Below are positions 9,182 to 17,942 of a stretch of DNA of 64,000 bases, in pieces. How positions within the stretch are numbered: position 1 is the stretch's first letter; each line of letters begins with the position of its first letter. The translations under genes and the position numbers were made by a program. The notes beneath the pieces are model-generated. The model searched no databases, was not told the origin of the DNA, and saw only the letters and a program-made list of their open reading frames with translations. The stretch spans positions 160,916-224,915 of the forward strand of contig DBQF01000001.1 of the NCBI GenBank assembly GCA_002305115.1, written 5' to 3'. The stretch is from a candidate division WWE3 bacterium UBA1401 (GTDB lineage Bacteria > Patescibacteriota > WWE3 > UBA101185 > UBA10185).

Positions 9182-10694
9182 ACTTGAACCGCACGATGAT
9201 GTGATTACGGCTATAAATAAACTACGTAATATTGATGATACCGGTGTAGAGATTTTTATTCCGGCAGATTCGGTGCTGCTGACGAATGGTTTGAATCTGA
9301 AGCTGCTTAAGCAGACAATTGAAGATTTAGGAAAAGTACTACACTTTGAAGTTGAAACCGAAGAGGGTCAAAACTTGCTAGATCTTCTGGAAGATCCCAG
9401 CCAGAATTTCGTGGAAGATAAACCAGGTGAACTTACGGAGGCCAAATCATTTTTTCTGAGTACCCTTTTCTCAACTATAAAAACTAAGCTTAGATTACCT
9501 TCTTTACATGTGAACTTTAACGCAAAACTTATTCTGATCTTAGGTATTTTTGGATTAATGGCGGCAGGTTTTGCGTATAAGCTAAAGGCAGACCATCGGG
9601 CGACTGTCAGAATTGTGGTGGATTCCCAGCCTTTAGCGCGAAGCGTTTCTATAAAAGTATTAGAAGGATCCAACACTAATGCTGATAGTCAGACTCTTAA
9701 AGGTATTAAGGTTGAAAAGCTGCTGACTTTGGAAAAAGAGATCGATACGACCGGTGAAAAGCTTGAAGGGGATACTGCCACCGGTACTATTACGGTTTAC
9801 AACAAAACAACGGGTTCCATAACCCTAAAGAAGGGTACAAAAGTTATTTACAAAGAAGGTGAGGATGATTTAACTTACAAGCTGGAAGATGAGTTAACTA
9901 TTCCTGCCATGGTGCCAAAGGATTCCAGTGATCCGGCTAGTGTACTAATTCCCGGTCAAGCTGATGCGCAAGTTGAAGCTGCAGATATTGGTTCTCACTA
10001 CAACATAGATGACTCTGAAACTTTAGAAATAGATGACTATAAAAAGACTGAGCTTGTTGCTTCTTCCAAAGAAAAATTTACCGGAGGAAAAAGCGAAACT
10101 GTAAAGGTAGTTGCCGAAGAAGATCTCACATCCTTATCTTCCGCGCTATTAACCGAAGCTACTAGTACTGCTGAAGAGGTATTGGCGGATTCTGTGCAAA
10201 AAAGCCAGGAATTTATAACAGGATCTACTTCGGTTGTTAAACAGAAGGAAGAATACAGTCATGATAAGGGTGAAGAAACAGAAAAAGTTAAATTAGTTGC
10301 CACTTATTTGGTCTATGGTTTAGCCTACAGTGATGATGATTTAGATAATTTAGTTAATTCTTTGGTTGATAAATATGTACCGGAGGAATTTGAAGTTTCT
10401 AAGAAAGACAGAGATGTAAAGGTAGAAATATTGGGTGCTACAGATAGCAGTGTACTATCTTCAACCGAGGCTGACCTTCAGGTTACTATCAAGACTTATG
10501 TAGTACCGCGTATTTCCGAAGATTCTCTGAAGAGTGACCTACAAGGCAAAAAACCGGAAGATGCTCAGAAAGTATTAGGTAGTTTGGGTAACATAAAAAC
10601 CTATGAGCTTAAGATTTCACCTGGTGTGCCCTTTTTACAGAAAGTGCCCGGAGACACAGATAAAATTTCTATTGATGTTGTGAAGGAGAATTAG
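9168..10694 (+). CDS. single-pass membrane protein with large acidic ectodomain, function unknown
   Basis: The start overlaps the upstream gene by 14 nt. N-terminus of about 115 aa, TM LILILGIFGLMAAGFAY, then about 370 aa of Thr/Lys/Glu-rich beta-type sequence. Confidence 0.6.
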   Translation: MTRIELEPHDDVITAINKLRNIDDTGVEIFIPADSVLLTNGLNLKLLKQTIEDLGKVLHFEVETEEGQNLLDLLEDPSQNFVEDKPGELTEAKSFFLSTLFSTIKTKLRLPSLHVNFNAKLILILGIFGLMAAGFAYKLKADHRATVRIVVDSQPLARSVSIKVLEGSNTNADSQTLKGIKVEKLLTLEKEIDTTGEKLEGDTATGTITVYNKTTGSITLKKGTKVIYKEGEDDLTYKLEDELTIPAMVPKDSSDPASVLIPGQADAQVEAADIGSHYNIDDSETLEIDDYKKTELVASSKEKFTGGKSETVKVVAEEDLTSLSSALLTEATSTAEEVLADSVQKSQEFITGSTSVVKQKEEYSHDKGEETEKVKLVATYLVYGLAYSDDDLDNLVNSLVDKYVPEEFEVSKKDRDVKVEILGATDSSVLSSTEADLQVTIKTYVVPRISEDSLKSDLQGKKPEDAQKVLGSLGNIKTYELKISPGVPFLQKVPGDTDKISIDVVKEN

Positions 10695-11101
10695 TGACTG
10701 CGGAAAAGGAAACTTTACTTGGCATAGATTATGGCAGTGCCAATATAGGTTTGGCATTTGGTAAAGAAGGGGTTGTGGCCCCTCTAAAAGTTGTGGACGG
10801 AAAGAATGCTGAAAGTGCTTTAGATGAACTAACCCGTATAATTCTTGAAAACGAAGTAGATAGACTGATAGTAGGGCTGCCACTTACTGTAGATGGCAAA
10901 GAAACACCTCAGTCTTTAGAAGTTAGGAAATTTGTAAAACTCCTGAAAATCAGGGTTAAAAAACCGGTAGTTTTTGTAAATGAATATGAATCTACCAAAG
11001 ATTCTGTACAGCACATGTTGCGAATGGGCTATTCAAAAAAGAGCAGGCGTGTTGCTGATGACTTTTCGGCAGCTGTAATACTAAAGCAGTACTATGGTTA
11101 G
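10694..11101 (+). CDS. ruvX: YqgF/RuvX family putative pre-16S rRNA nuclease / Holliday junction resolvase-like
   Basis: The GTG start overlaps the upstream TAG. LLGIDYGSANIGLAFG, VDRLIVGLPLTVDGKETPQS and DDFSAAVILKQYY form the YqgF signature. Confidence 0.85.
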   Translation: MTAEKETLLGIDYGSANIGLAFGKEGVVAPLKVVDGKNAESALDELTRIILENEVDRLIVGLPLTVDGKETPQSLEVRKFVKLLKIRVKKPVVFVNEYESTKDSVQHMLRMGYSKKSRRVADDFSAAVILKQYYG

Positions 11102-11125
11102 TGTTTTGCCTAAATATTTGGACTC

Positions 11126-11134
11126 TGTTAATCT
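11126..11134 (+). promoter_or_regulatory. extended -10 box for a leaderless transcript
   Basis: TGtTAATCT ends 6 nt before ATG 11141. Confidence 0.5.
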
Positions 11135-11140
11135 AACAGT

Positions 11141-11323
11141 ATGGTTTTACTTAAGATTTTAGGAATAATATATATTCTTATTGGAGTGGTTTACGCATCG
11201 TATCTTTTGGTTAAAGGTATAGACCCTTGGTATGCCTTTCCTATAAATGTTATAGGGTTTCCGTTTGCTCTTATCCATAATTATTTAAAAGTTAAGGAAA
11301 GCTTTAAGCGCGGCCGTGTATAA
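11141..11323 (+). CDS. small two-TM membrane protein
   Basis: 60-aa hydrophobic ORF. TGtTAATCT -10 box lies 6 nt upstream of the ATG. Confidence 0.4.
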   Translation: MVLLKILGIIYILIGVVYASYLLVKGIDPWYAFPINVIGFPFALIHNYLKVKESFKRGRV

Positions 11324-12041
11324 AAGTATTATTTCGGGAAAAAAAGCAGCTTCATTTGATCTTGATGGTACGCTCGTAGATACTAAGCCTTTGTGGTCTG
11401 ATGCTATTCAGGAGTTGTGTTTTTCCCAAACTCTACTGTGGCCAGGGTTTGGTAATAGATTTGGTTCAGACTTACACGTTGTTTGGGATCACATTTTTTA
11501 TTATAACGAAGTCAAGCCTGAAATTGCCATTCCGGACTTGGTTGCTAGAACCGAGCAGAAGTTTCTAGAACTATTGCCCTCTGCCGAGTTGGACGTTAGG
11601 GATGGTTTTTGGCAGTTTGCTTTTGAATTAAAAGAAGAAAAGGGGTTAAAGCTGTCACTTGCCTCTAATTCTAAGAAGAGCATTGTAGATGCAATCTTAA
11701 AAAAGATTGATATTACTTCTACCTTTGATGTTATATTAACAGGGAATGAAGTTTCTAAACCCAAGCCGGATCCTGCTATATACAAAACAGTGCTAAAGCA
11801 ACTTGGTCTTAGGCCAAGTGAACTGCTCGCGTTTGAAGATTCTCCTGCTGGTGTTATATCTTCCACTAAGGCGGGATGTACCACTGTTGTAGTACTAGAC
11901 ACAGACTTGGTTCCAAGTGATTATCCAAAAGAAGCTTCTTTAGTTATTGCCAGTTTTGATGACCTGGTTGGCAAACTAGACTATAGTTTAAGTGACGCGC
12001 TTAAAGAGCTTGCGCAAGAGCCGGAACCTCAGAACAGCTGA
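11316..12041 (+). CDS. HAD-superfamily hydrolase (beta-phosphoglucomutase-like subfamily)
   Basis: DLDGTLVDT (motif I), SNS (II), KPKPDPAIY and FEDSPAGV (III/IV). GTG start. Confidence 0.8.
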   Translation: MYKSIISGKKAASFDLDGTLVDTKPLWSDAIQELCFSQTLLWPGFGNRFGSDLHVVWDHIFYYNEVKPEIAIPDLVARTEQKFLELLPSAELDVRDGFWQFAFELKEEKGLKLSLASNSKKSIVDAILKKIDITSTFDVILTGNEVSKPKPDPAIYKTVLKQLGLRPSELLAFEDSPAGVISSTKAGCTTVVVLDTDLVPSDYPKEASLVIASFDDLVGKLDYSLSDALKELAQEPEPQNS

Positions 12042-12047
12042 TATAAT
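12039..12047 (+). promoter_or_regulatory. extended -10 box for leaderless miaB-miaA
   Basis: TGaTATAAT ends 6 nt before ATG 12054. Confidence 0.55.
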
Positions 12048-12053
12048 TCCAGC

Positions 12054-13193
12054 ATGCCAACATATTTTCTTCAGACTTATGGTTGCCAGGCCAATGAGGC
12101 TGATTCCGCAAAGGTAAAAGCTATGTTTAGAACCTTTGGATTTATAGAGGTTGGGGATCCTAGTGCCTGTGACGTGCTTATAATAAACAGTTGTAGTGTC
12201 AGGCAGAAAAGTGAAGACAAAGTGTATGGCATAGCTAGAAAGCTACCTTCACCTAAGCCCCTTGTTGTTTTGATGGGTTGTATGGTTGGATCAGTAGCAG
12301 GAAACAGGACTCGCTATAGTTTTGATGAGCTGAGAAAAAGAACCCCCTGGGTAGATGCCTATATTGAACCTTCACAGCTAGAGCAGCTTCCCTCAACTCT
12401 TTTTGCTAATAATTTAATTTCTAGAGCTCAGCTTGATAACTTTGATTGGAATAGGTGCACGGATTTAACCTTTAGCCATGGTATGGCTTTTGTAAACATA
12501 TCATACGGATGTGATAATTTCTGTACTTACTGTGTAGTACCTTATTCTCGAGGTCCTGAAATTTCCAGACCTAAAGAAGCTATTTTGGAAGATGTAAAGC
12601 ACCTGTTAGCTAATGGCTATACCAAAGTTACTCTATGCGGTCAGAACGTTAATTCCTGGCAGTTATCGAAAGATGAGAAGTTCAAACTTAGGACCCGTAG
12701 TGAACAAAAATTACCTTTTGCAGCTCTGTTGAGGGAAGTACACGATCTTACAGAGCTTGAGGAAGTTGCTTTTATGTCATCTAACCCGTTTGACTTTACT
12801 CAAGATTTGGTTGAGACTTTGGCACTTCCAAAAATTTCTTCTTATATACACATAGCTGTGCAGTCTGGTAATAACGAGATTTTAACAAAGATGCATAGGC
12901 GCCACACGGTAGAAGAATTTGTAAACTTGGTAGAACACATTAGGCATGTTAAACCTGCCGCTAGAATTAGTACAGATATTATTGTTGGGTTTTCCGGTGA
13001 AACCCGTGAGCAGTTTATGGATACGGTAGCGCTTTTTAAGACTGTTAAGTTTAGTATGGCATTTATTTCAATGTATTCTCCCAGAAAAGGTACTTATGCA
13101 GAACAACACTATGCCGATGATATTCCTTTGGAGGAAAAAAAGTGGCGGCATGCTTATTTAACCAAAATCTGGAAGGAAACACTTAATGACTAA
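12054..13193 (+). CDS. miaB: MiaB-like radical-SAM tRNA methylthiotransferase lacking a C-terminal TRAM domain
   Basis: N-terminal UPF0004 cysteine motifs (YGCQANEADS, NSCSVR, GCM) and radical-SAM CDNFCTYCVVPYSRG. The 379-aa protein ends right after the radical-SAM domain. Confidence 0.8.
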   Translation: MPTYFLQTYGCQANEADSAKVKAMFRTFGFIEVGDPSACDVLIINSCSVRQKSEDKVYGIARKLPSPKPLVVLMGCMVGSVAGNRTRYSFDELRKRTPWVDAYIEPSQLEQLPSTLFANNLISRAQLDNFDWNRCTDLTFSHGMAFVNISYGCDNFCTYCVVPYSRGPEISRPKEAILEDVKHLLANGYTKVTLCGQNVNSWQLSKDEKFKLRTRSEQKLPFAALLREVHDLTELEEVAFMSSNPFDFTQDLVETLALPKISSYIHIAVQSGNNEILTKMHRRHTVEEFVNLVEHIRHVKPAARISTDIIVGFSGETREQFMDTVALFKTVKFSMAFISMYSPRKGTYAEQHYADDIPLEEKKWRHAYLTKIWKETLND

Positions 13194-14109
13194 TATTGTA
13201 ATTTTGGCAGGTCCTACCTCTACAGGTAAGACTTCTTTAGCACTTGAACTTTGCAAAAAATATGATGGAGCAATTATTTCTGCAGATTCCAGGCAAGTGT
13301 ACAAATATATGGATATTGGTACAGGAAAGCAACCTTTGAGTACATCTGCTCACATCGAAAAAGCCGATAACAGATGGATTTTTAACGGCATTTCTGTGTG
13401 GGGTTATGATCTGGCTTTGCCCTCTGAACAGCTGTCAGCCTATGACTTTGTCAGGTTTGCCCTGGCTAAGGCAAGAGAACTATTAGCCGCGGGTAAGCAG
13501 GTGTTTGTAGTTGGTGGTACCGGTTTTTTCATCGATGCTTTTACAGGCAGAACTCCATTAGAGCCTGTGGAACCTAATCCGGAGCTTCGTGCTGAACTTG
13601 CAGAGCTAAGTACGCCCAAGCTTTACGCCAAGGCTGTAGAACTGCATATTGAAGTTCCAAATGTTTCTGAGCAATCAAACCGGCATAGATTAATTAGGCG
13701 TATCGAAAAAGCATTAACCTCATCAACAGCTCCTAAACTTAGTTACTTACCCGATGTGGCTTTCAGGTATATTGGCCTAACCGGGCCGCGCGAATTGTTA
13801 TATAGTAAAACTGATGACTGGGCAGATGCTGTGTGGCGACAAGGCTTAGTTTTGGAAGTTGAGAGGTTGCTTAGCCTTGGGTTTGGAGCTGCTCCACCAT
13901 TGCATGGGCTTGTTTATAAATCTGTTTTGCAGTACCTAGAAGGCGGCCTGATTGAAACTGACGCTTTGTCTACCATAAAGTCCGACTTACACGCCTATAT
14001 TAGAAGACAGCTTACATATTTTAAGAAAAACAAAGACATTGTCTGGTTTAGTACAGCAGATAGTTCGCACAAAGCAGCTATCCGGGAGTTTTTAGCAACA
14101 CATTTATAA
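13186..14109 (+). CDS. miaA: tRNA dimethylallyltransferase
   Basis: P-loop ILAGPTSTGKTSLALEL and IISADSRQVYKYMDIGTGK. The start overlaps miaB by 8 nt. Confidence 0.9.
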   Translation: MTNIVILAGPTSTGKTSLALELCKKYDGAIISADSRQVYKYMDIGTGKQPLSTSAHIEKADNRWIFNGISVWGYDLALPSEQLSAYDFVRFALAKARELLAAGKQVFVVGGTGFFIDAFTGRTPLEPVEPNPELRAELAELSTPKLYAKAVELHIEVPNVSEQSNRHRLIRRIEKALTSSTAPKLSYLPDVAFRYIGLTGPRELLYSKTDDWADAVWRQGLVLEVERLLSLGFGAAPPLHGLVYKSVLQYLEGGLIETDALSTIKSDLHAYIRRQLTYFKKNKDIVWFSTADSSHKAAIREFLATHL

Positions 14110-14140
14110 ATCAGACTAATTCTTGTAGAATAGCAATAGG

Positions 14141-15139
14141 ATGGATAAACAAATAATTGTTACTATACGAACGATACTTATTGCGTTTCTACTTGTATTA
14201 GGTGCCTATGTCTTATACAGACTTGGTCCGGTTATTGGTCTGTTTATTATTTCCCTGATCATTGTTATTTCAGTTGAACACGCCGTTAAAAAGTTGATGC
14301 AAGTCACTTTTTTAAATAAACCCTTAAATAGGGGTACTGCAGTGGTTTTAACTTATCTTCTGATAGTTTTAGTTCTCCTGGCAATATTTACTATAGGGTT
14401 GCCTCCGGTTTTAATGCAGGCGCAGAGTTTATTATCCAGCATTTCCACATTGCCCGAGACCTTACAGATCGGTAAAAATATTGAGATTTCATTAGTTGAT
14501 TTGGTCCCGCAATTCTCAGAATTATCCCGAAACCTGTTCTCGGCCACTTACTCGATATTTTCCCAGTTTACCGCTATTGTAAGTATTCTTGTTATCTCTA
14601 TCTACATGTCTATTGACTGGCTGAACCTAAAGAGTCTTTTTATAAATCTCTTTCCGGAATACTTAAGGGATGAGGTTGATGACATTATTTATTCTGTTGA
14701 ACAAAACGTTGGTCACTGGGTTAAAGGCCAGTTGGTACTCATGCTGCTTGTAGGTGCTATGAGCTTTGCAGCGTTAGTCTTACTTGGTATTAGGTATCCT
14801 TTGCCATTGGCTTTATTAGCAGGGTTGCTAGAAGTCATTCCAATTTTAGGCCCAGTAATTTCTGTGGTTTTGGCAAGTATTGTGGCTTTTGTGCAGGCAC
14901 CTGTTAAAGGGGTGTTAGTGTTTGCCGCCTTTGTGGTCATTCAGCAGATAGAAAACAATTTGCTTGTACCCAAAGTTATGCAAAAAGTTTCAGGCTTTAG
15001 CCCGTTAGTAATACTTTTTGCAGTACTTACAGGCACGAGGTTTTTTGGTGTGATTGGTGCCATTTTAGCAGTACCTGTAGTTATGATTGTTGTTGTAATT
15101 GTGAGAAGAATTTTAGGATATCCCAGAAACGATTCATAA
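14141..15139 (+). CDS. AI-2E family transporter (UPF0118, PerM/TqsA-like)
   Basis: Polytopic protein. LLEVIPILGPVISVV and QQIENNLLVPKVMQK are family signatures. Confidence 0.85.
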   Translation: MDKQIIVTIRTILIAFLLVLGAYVLYRLGPVIGLFIISLIIVISVEHAVKKLMQVTFLNKPLNRGTAVVLTYLLIVLVLLAIFTIGLPPVLMQAQSLLSSISTLPETLQIGKNIEISLVDLVPQFSELSRNLFSATYSIFSQFTAIVSILVISIYMSIDWLNLKSLFINLFPEYLRDEVDDIIYSVEQNVGHWVKGQLVLMLLVGAMSFAALVLLGIRYPLPLALLAGLLEVIPILGPVISVVLASIVAFVQAPVKGVLVFAAFVVIQQIENNLLVPKVMQKVSGFSPLVILFAVLTGTRFFGVIGAILAVPVVMIVVVIVRRILGYPRNDS

Positions 15140-15466
15140 GCAGGAAGCCGGTAAGCCAAATTCTGTTTTATACAGCCATCTGTCTAAGCTCCATCTTTAT
15201 ACCAATGCCGGGCCGGCTTTTTATGGTAAGTTCGTGGATTGCTGCAGGTGGGATTGCCCGTTTCACACTTTTTCCATGGCCAAGAGGCGTTAGGAAAAAG
15301 CTCGTCTCTGTTGCTCTCAGAGGGTGTTAATTCGCCCTCTGTTTCTAAGCCATTTCTAGCCTAAAACACCAGCACTTACGTGTCGGAAGTTGCCTTCCGT
15401 CCCTCTGCCCTATGCAGTTTGGACTTTCCTCGATCGCTAAGCGACCGCGGCTGTGTGGCTTCCTGC
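15140..15466 (-). ncRNA. rnpB: RNase P RNA, bacterial type A, compact (about 327 nt)
   Basis: The reverse complement reads GCAGGAAGCC...GAGGAAAGTCCAAACTGCATAGGGCAG...GAGAGCAACAGAGA...ACAGAATTTGGCTTACCGGCTTCCTGC. This is collinear with E. coli M1 RNA conserved regions. The P1 strands 15457-15466 and 15140-15149 are perfectly complementary. A TGcTAGAAT box ends 7 nt upstream of the 5' G. Confidence 0.88.
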
Positions 15467-15473
15467 AATCGTT

Positions 15474-15482
15474 ATTCTAGCA
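15474..15482 (-). promoter_or_regulatory. extended -10 box for rnpB
   Basis: TGcTAGAAT on the minus strand ends 7 nt before the first P1 nucleotide (15466). Confidence 0.55.
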
Positions 15483-15488
15483 TTTTTA

Positions 15489-15497
15489 TGCTAATAT
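15489..15497 (+). promoter_or_regulatory. extended -10 box for leaderless mltG
   Basis: TGcTAATAT ends 6 nt before ATG 15504. Confidence 0.55.
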
Positions 15498-15503
15498 TGC
15501 TGT

Positions 15504-16577
15504 ATGTCCGAACAACTTGATCCCCAGAAATATCACGTACTTACTAAAACACAAAAGAAATTACTATTTATTATACTAGCGCTCTTTCTCTTGGTTAGTG
15601 TTCCGCCTTTAGCCTATCTTTATTACAACTTCGCAGTTAATCGGCCTACACAGACTGCCAAAGAGCTTACGTTTAAGATTAAGGGGGGTGATTCTTTGTT
15701 TGAAATTGCCCAAAACCTATACGATGAGGAAGTATTAAACTCCAAAGTACTTTTCACGTTTTATGCTTTGGTTAGTGGCAAAGACAAGAACATTCAGGCG
15801 GGTACCTATAAGATTCCCGCCGGTACCTCTGTAAAGGGTTTAGTGGAGCTGTTTCAGCATGGTACCGATGATGTACAAATAACCTTTTTGGAAGGCTGGC
15901 GTATTGAGGAATATGCTCTGGCTGCAGCAGAACATTTAGATAATGTAGACTACGAAGATTTTATGGCCTTAGCCCAGGACTATGAAGGCTACTTATTTCC
16001 GGACACTTATAAATTCAATATTGATGTGACGGAAGAAAGTGTTATAGACATATTAAGACAAACCTTTGAAACGAAAACGGAGACTGTTTTATCGAAAGAA
16101 ACTCTCGCAGCTGCTGGAATTGATCGGGGTGAGGCGGTAATTTTGGCATCTATAGTAGAGCGGGAAGTTAGTAACGAGACTGATAGGCCTGTAGTAGCAG
16201 GTATATTGATTAAAAGGTGGCGTGAGGGTAAGACTTTAGGCGCGGATGCTACCACGCAGTATGTAGCTGCTTTAAACAGAGTAGGTTGCCTAGACGAAGC
16301 TGCACGCATCTGTCCGAGTGACAATATTGCCTTGGAGGTTGAGTGGTGGCCCAAGAGCCTGACTGCTTCGGAACTCGATCTGGATAATCCTTATAACACT
16401 AGAAAAGTTGTGGGTTTACCGCCAACGCCTATTTGCAACCCAAGCATATCCGCTTTGGAAGCAGTACTAGGTGCTGTTACAACAGATTATGAATATTATT
16501 TAACAGACTCCAATGGTGTTACTCACTATGCAAGAACACTTGATGAGCATGTAGCTAATATTCAACGTTATCTTTAG
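15504..16577 (+). CDS. mltG: endolytic murein transglycosylase MltG (YceG-like)
   Basis: N-terminal TM helix, GTYKIPAGTSVKGLVELF, ILASIVEREV and DNPYNTRKVVGLPPTPICNPS. Confidence 0.9.
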   Translation: MSEQLDPQKYHVLTKTQKKLLFIILALFLLVSVPPLAYLYYNFAVNRPTQTAKELTFKIKGGDSLFEIAQNLYDEEVLNSKVLFTFYALVSGKDKNIQAGTYKIPAGTSVKGLVELFQHGTDDVQITFLEGWRIEEYALAAAEHLDNVDYEDFMALAQDYEGYLFPDTYKFNIDVTEESVIDILRQTFETKTETVLSKETLAAAGIDRGEAVILASIVEREVSNETDRPVVAGILIKRWREGKTLGADATTQYVAALNRVGCLDEAARICPSDNIALEVEWWPKSLTASELDLDNPYNTRKVVGLPPTPICNPSISALEAVLGAVTTDYEYYLTDSNGVTHYARTLDEHVANIQRYL

Positions 16578-16989
16578 TTGGTGTGCCTACAAGTGCCTGT
16601 TCTATAAGTTCTTTCGTAATCTGAATTCCCTGGTGTTTTAGCAGCTTATCCTTAACATAAATGTCACTATTAAAGCAGTCTGATAGGCATAGCGCGTCTT
16701 CCAGAGATGTATTTATGTCATAGGTTTGTTTTTCTGACCTTATATTTACATACGCATAGAACTTTCCGGCTTTATATTTGTATATGATGACAGCAGGAAT
16801 AGAAAGCGCGGCAGCAGTCAGCATACGTTTTATGCTGTTAAATGTGCTGGGTTCGACAAAGTTATTTTTTTGAACTAGTTCTTTACTAATATCTTTATGT
16901 AAACTGATGGGCAATAAGTATTTAGTTTCTTTATTAAACAGATATGCAGTGTTGTCTATAGTGGCCAAAAGCTTGACAAGCTTTATCAT
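16555..16989 (-). CDS. hypothetical protein, weak resemblance to bifunctional nuclease (DUF151)
   Basis: FYAYVNIRSEKQTYDINTSLEDALCLSDCFNSDIYVKDKLL loosely follows the DUF151 pattern. TAGAAT lies 6 nt upstream of the ATG. Confidence 0.4.
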   Translation of the reverse strand: MIKLVKLLATIDNTAYLFNKETKYLLPISLHKDISKELVQKNNFVEPSTFNSIKRMLTAAALSIPAVIIYKYKAGKFYAYVNIRSEKQTYDINTSLEDALCLSDCFNSDIYVKDKLLKHQGIQITKELIEQALVGTPTKDNVEY

Positions 16990-17132
16990 AATTTCATTCT
17001 AGTCAGCAATTATTAAAAAATCATTAAATTTCGATAACATTGGGGTATGAAACATTTAAAAATATGTTTCTTTGGTTGATAGTGTATAAATTGGTATCCG
17101 CAGGCTTTAGTCTCGGGTAGGTTTTTGCTATT

Positions 17133-17843
17133 TTACTTCAATTCATAAGTAACAGTTAGGGTTACGGTGTCTTGCGATGTGCCGGGTACAATACCACCTC
17201 CGCCGCCCATCGGTCTGGATTCCATAAAGTTGTATGTTGGCACACTATACCCTTCCACAATATTCACAATTGCCCCAACACTTCTGCCTTCACTCTTTGC
17301 AATCATTACCGCCTTCTCTCTAGCATTTTCCAGTGCCTTATCGTAATAAACCTGCGCATTGGCTCCTTCCGCATCCTGATAAAAATTAGGTCCATTAACG
17401 CTACTTGCGTCAACCGTGCTTAATAGTTCTGATAATTCTGTTACTCTGTTTACATCCCGCAACGTAATTTCCAAACTATTTGTTACCTGCCAGTCACCTT
17501 TTCTAAATTTTTGCACGCCATTGTCATAGTAAGGTTCTTCTCTCTGATAAATATTGATGGATTGAGTTTGCAAATCCTCTTCCGGAATACCAAATTCTTT
17601 AACCCTGGCAATAATAGTTTCCATAGTTTGAGTGACACCTTCCACAGCCTGTGCTTTATCTGCGTTTGTGTCTTCTACGGATACTGAAAATCTAGCTATG
17701 TTATTACTTTCCAGCTGAGAGTATTCACCTACTACTGTAATTAGGTCTTTATTAAAGACTCGAAAGCCTTGCCACTTAAATACAACATAAAATGCTAAAA
17801 CTGTAAGAAATGCTATAAGGAATAGAGTAGTAAGTTTTTTCAT
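17133..17843 (-). CDS. SIMPL/DUF541 domain protein, membrane anchored
   Basis: N-terminal anchor LTTLFLIAFLTVLAFYVVF. DUF541-like pattern including the C-terminal TVTLTVTYEL. Confidence 0.75.
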   Translation of the reverse strand: MKKLTTLFLIAFLTVLAFYVVFKWQGFRVFNKDLITVVGEYSQLESNNIARFSVSVEDTNADKAQAVEGVTQTMETIIARVKEFGIPEEDLQTQSINIYQREEPYYDNGVQKFRKGDWQVTNSLEITLRDVNRVTELSELLSTVDASSVNGPNFYQDAEGANAQVYYDKALENAREKAVMIAKSEGRSVGAIVNIVEGYSVPTYNFMESRPMGGGGGIVPGTSQDTVTLTVTYELK

Positions 17844-17849
17844 ACTAAA

Positions 17850-17858
17850 AGTTTAGCA
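17850..17858 (-). promoter_or_regulatory. extended -10 box for the leaderless SIMPL gene
   Basis: TGcTAAACT on the minus strand ends 6 nt before ATG 17843. Confidence 0.5.
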
Positions 17859-17942
17859 TACATTTTTAGTTCTCCTGGCTTCTTATGTTTTTCTTACGGC
17901 TATCTAACCCGCTACTTAAGCGTGTTCACTAGCATCTTACTT

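Noticed and set aside
11501-11902. Other antisense ORFs of 100 aa or more (11501-11902, 16007-16354, 25844-26257, 9368-9676, 38299-38673, 40921-41241, 50154-50486)
   Set aside because: Each lies antisense within a gene that has clear family motifs. None has its own motifs or start-site context.
15140-15500. The GC-richer non-coding stretch considered as tmRNA, SRP RNA or a riboswitch
   Set aside because: The minus-strand sequence matches RNase P RNA conserved regions in order (GAGGAAAGTCC, ATAGGGCAG, ACAGAA...GGCTTA). No tmRNA tag or tRNA-like end and no SRP GGAA-loop motif is present.
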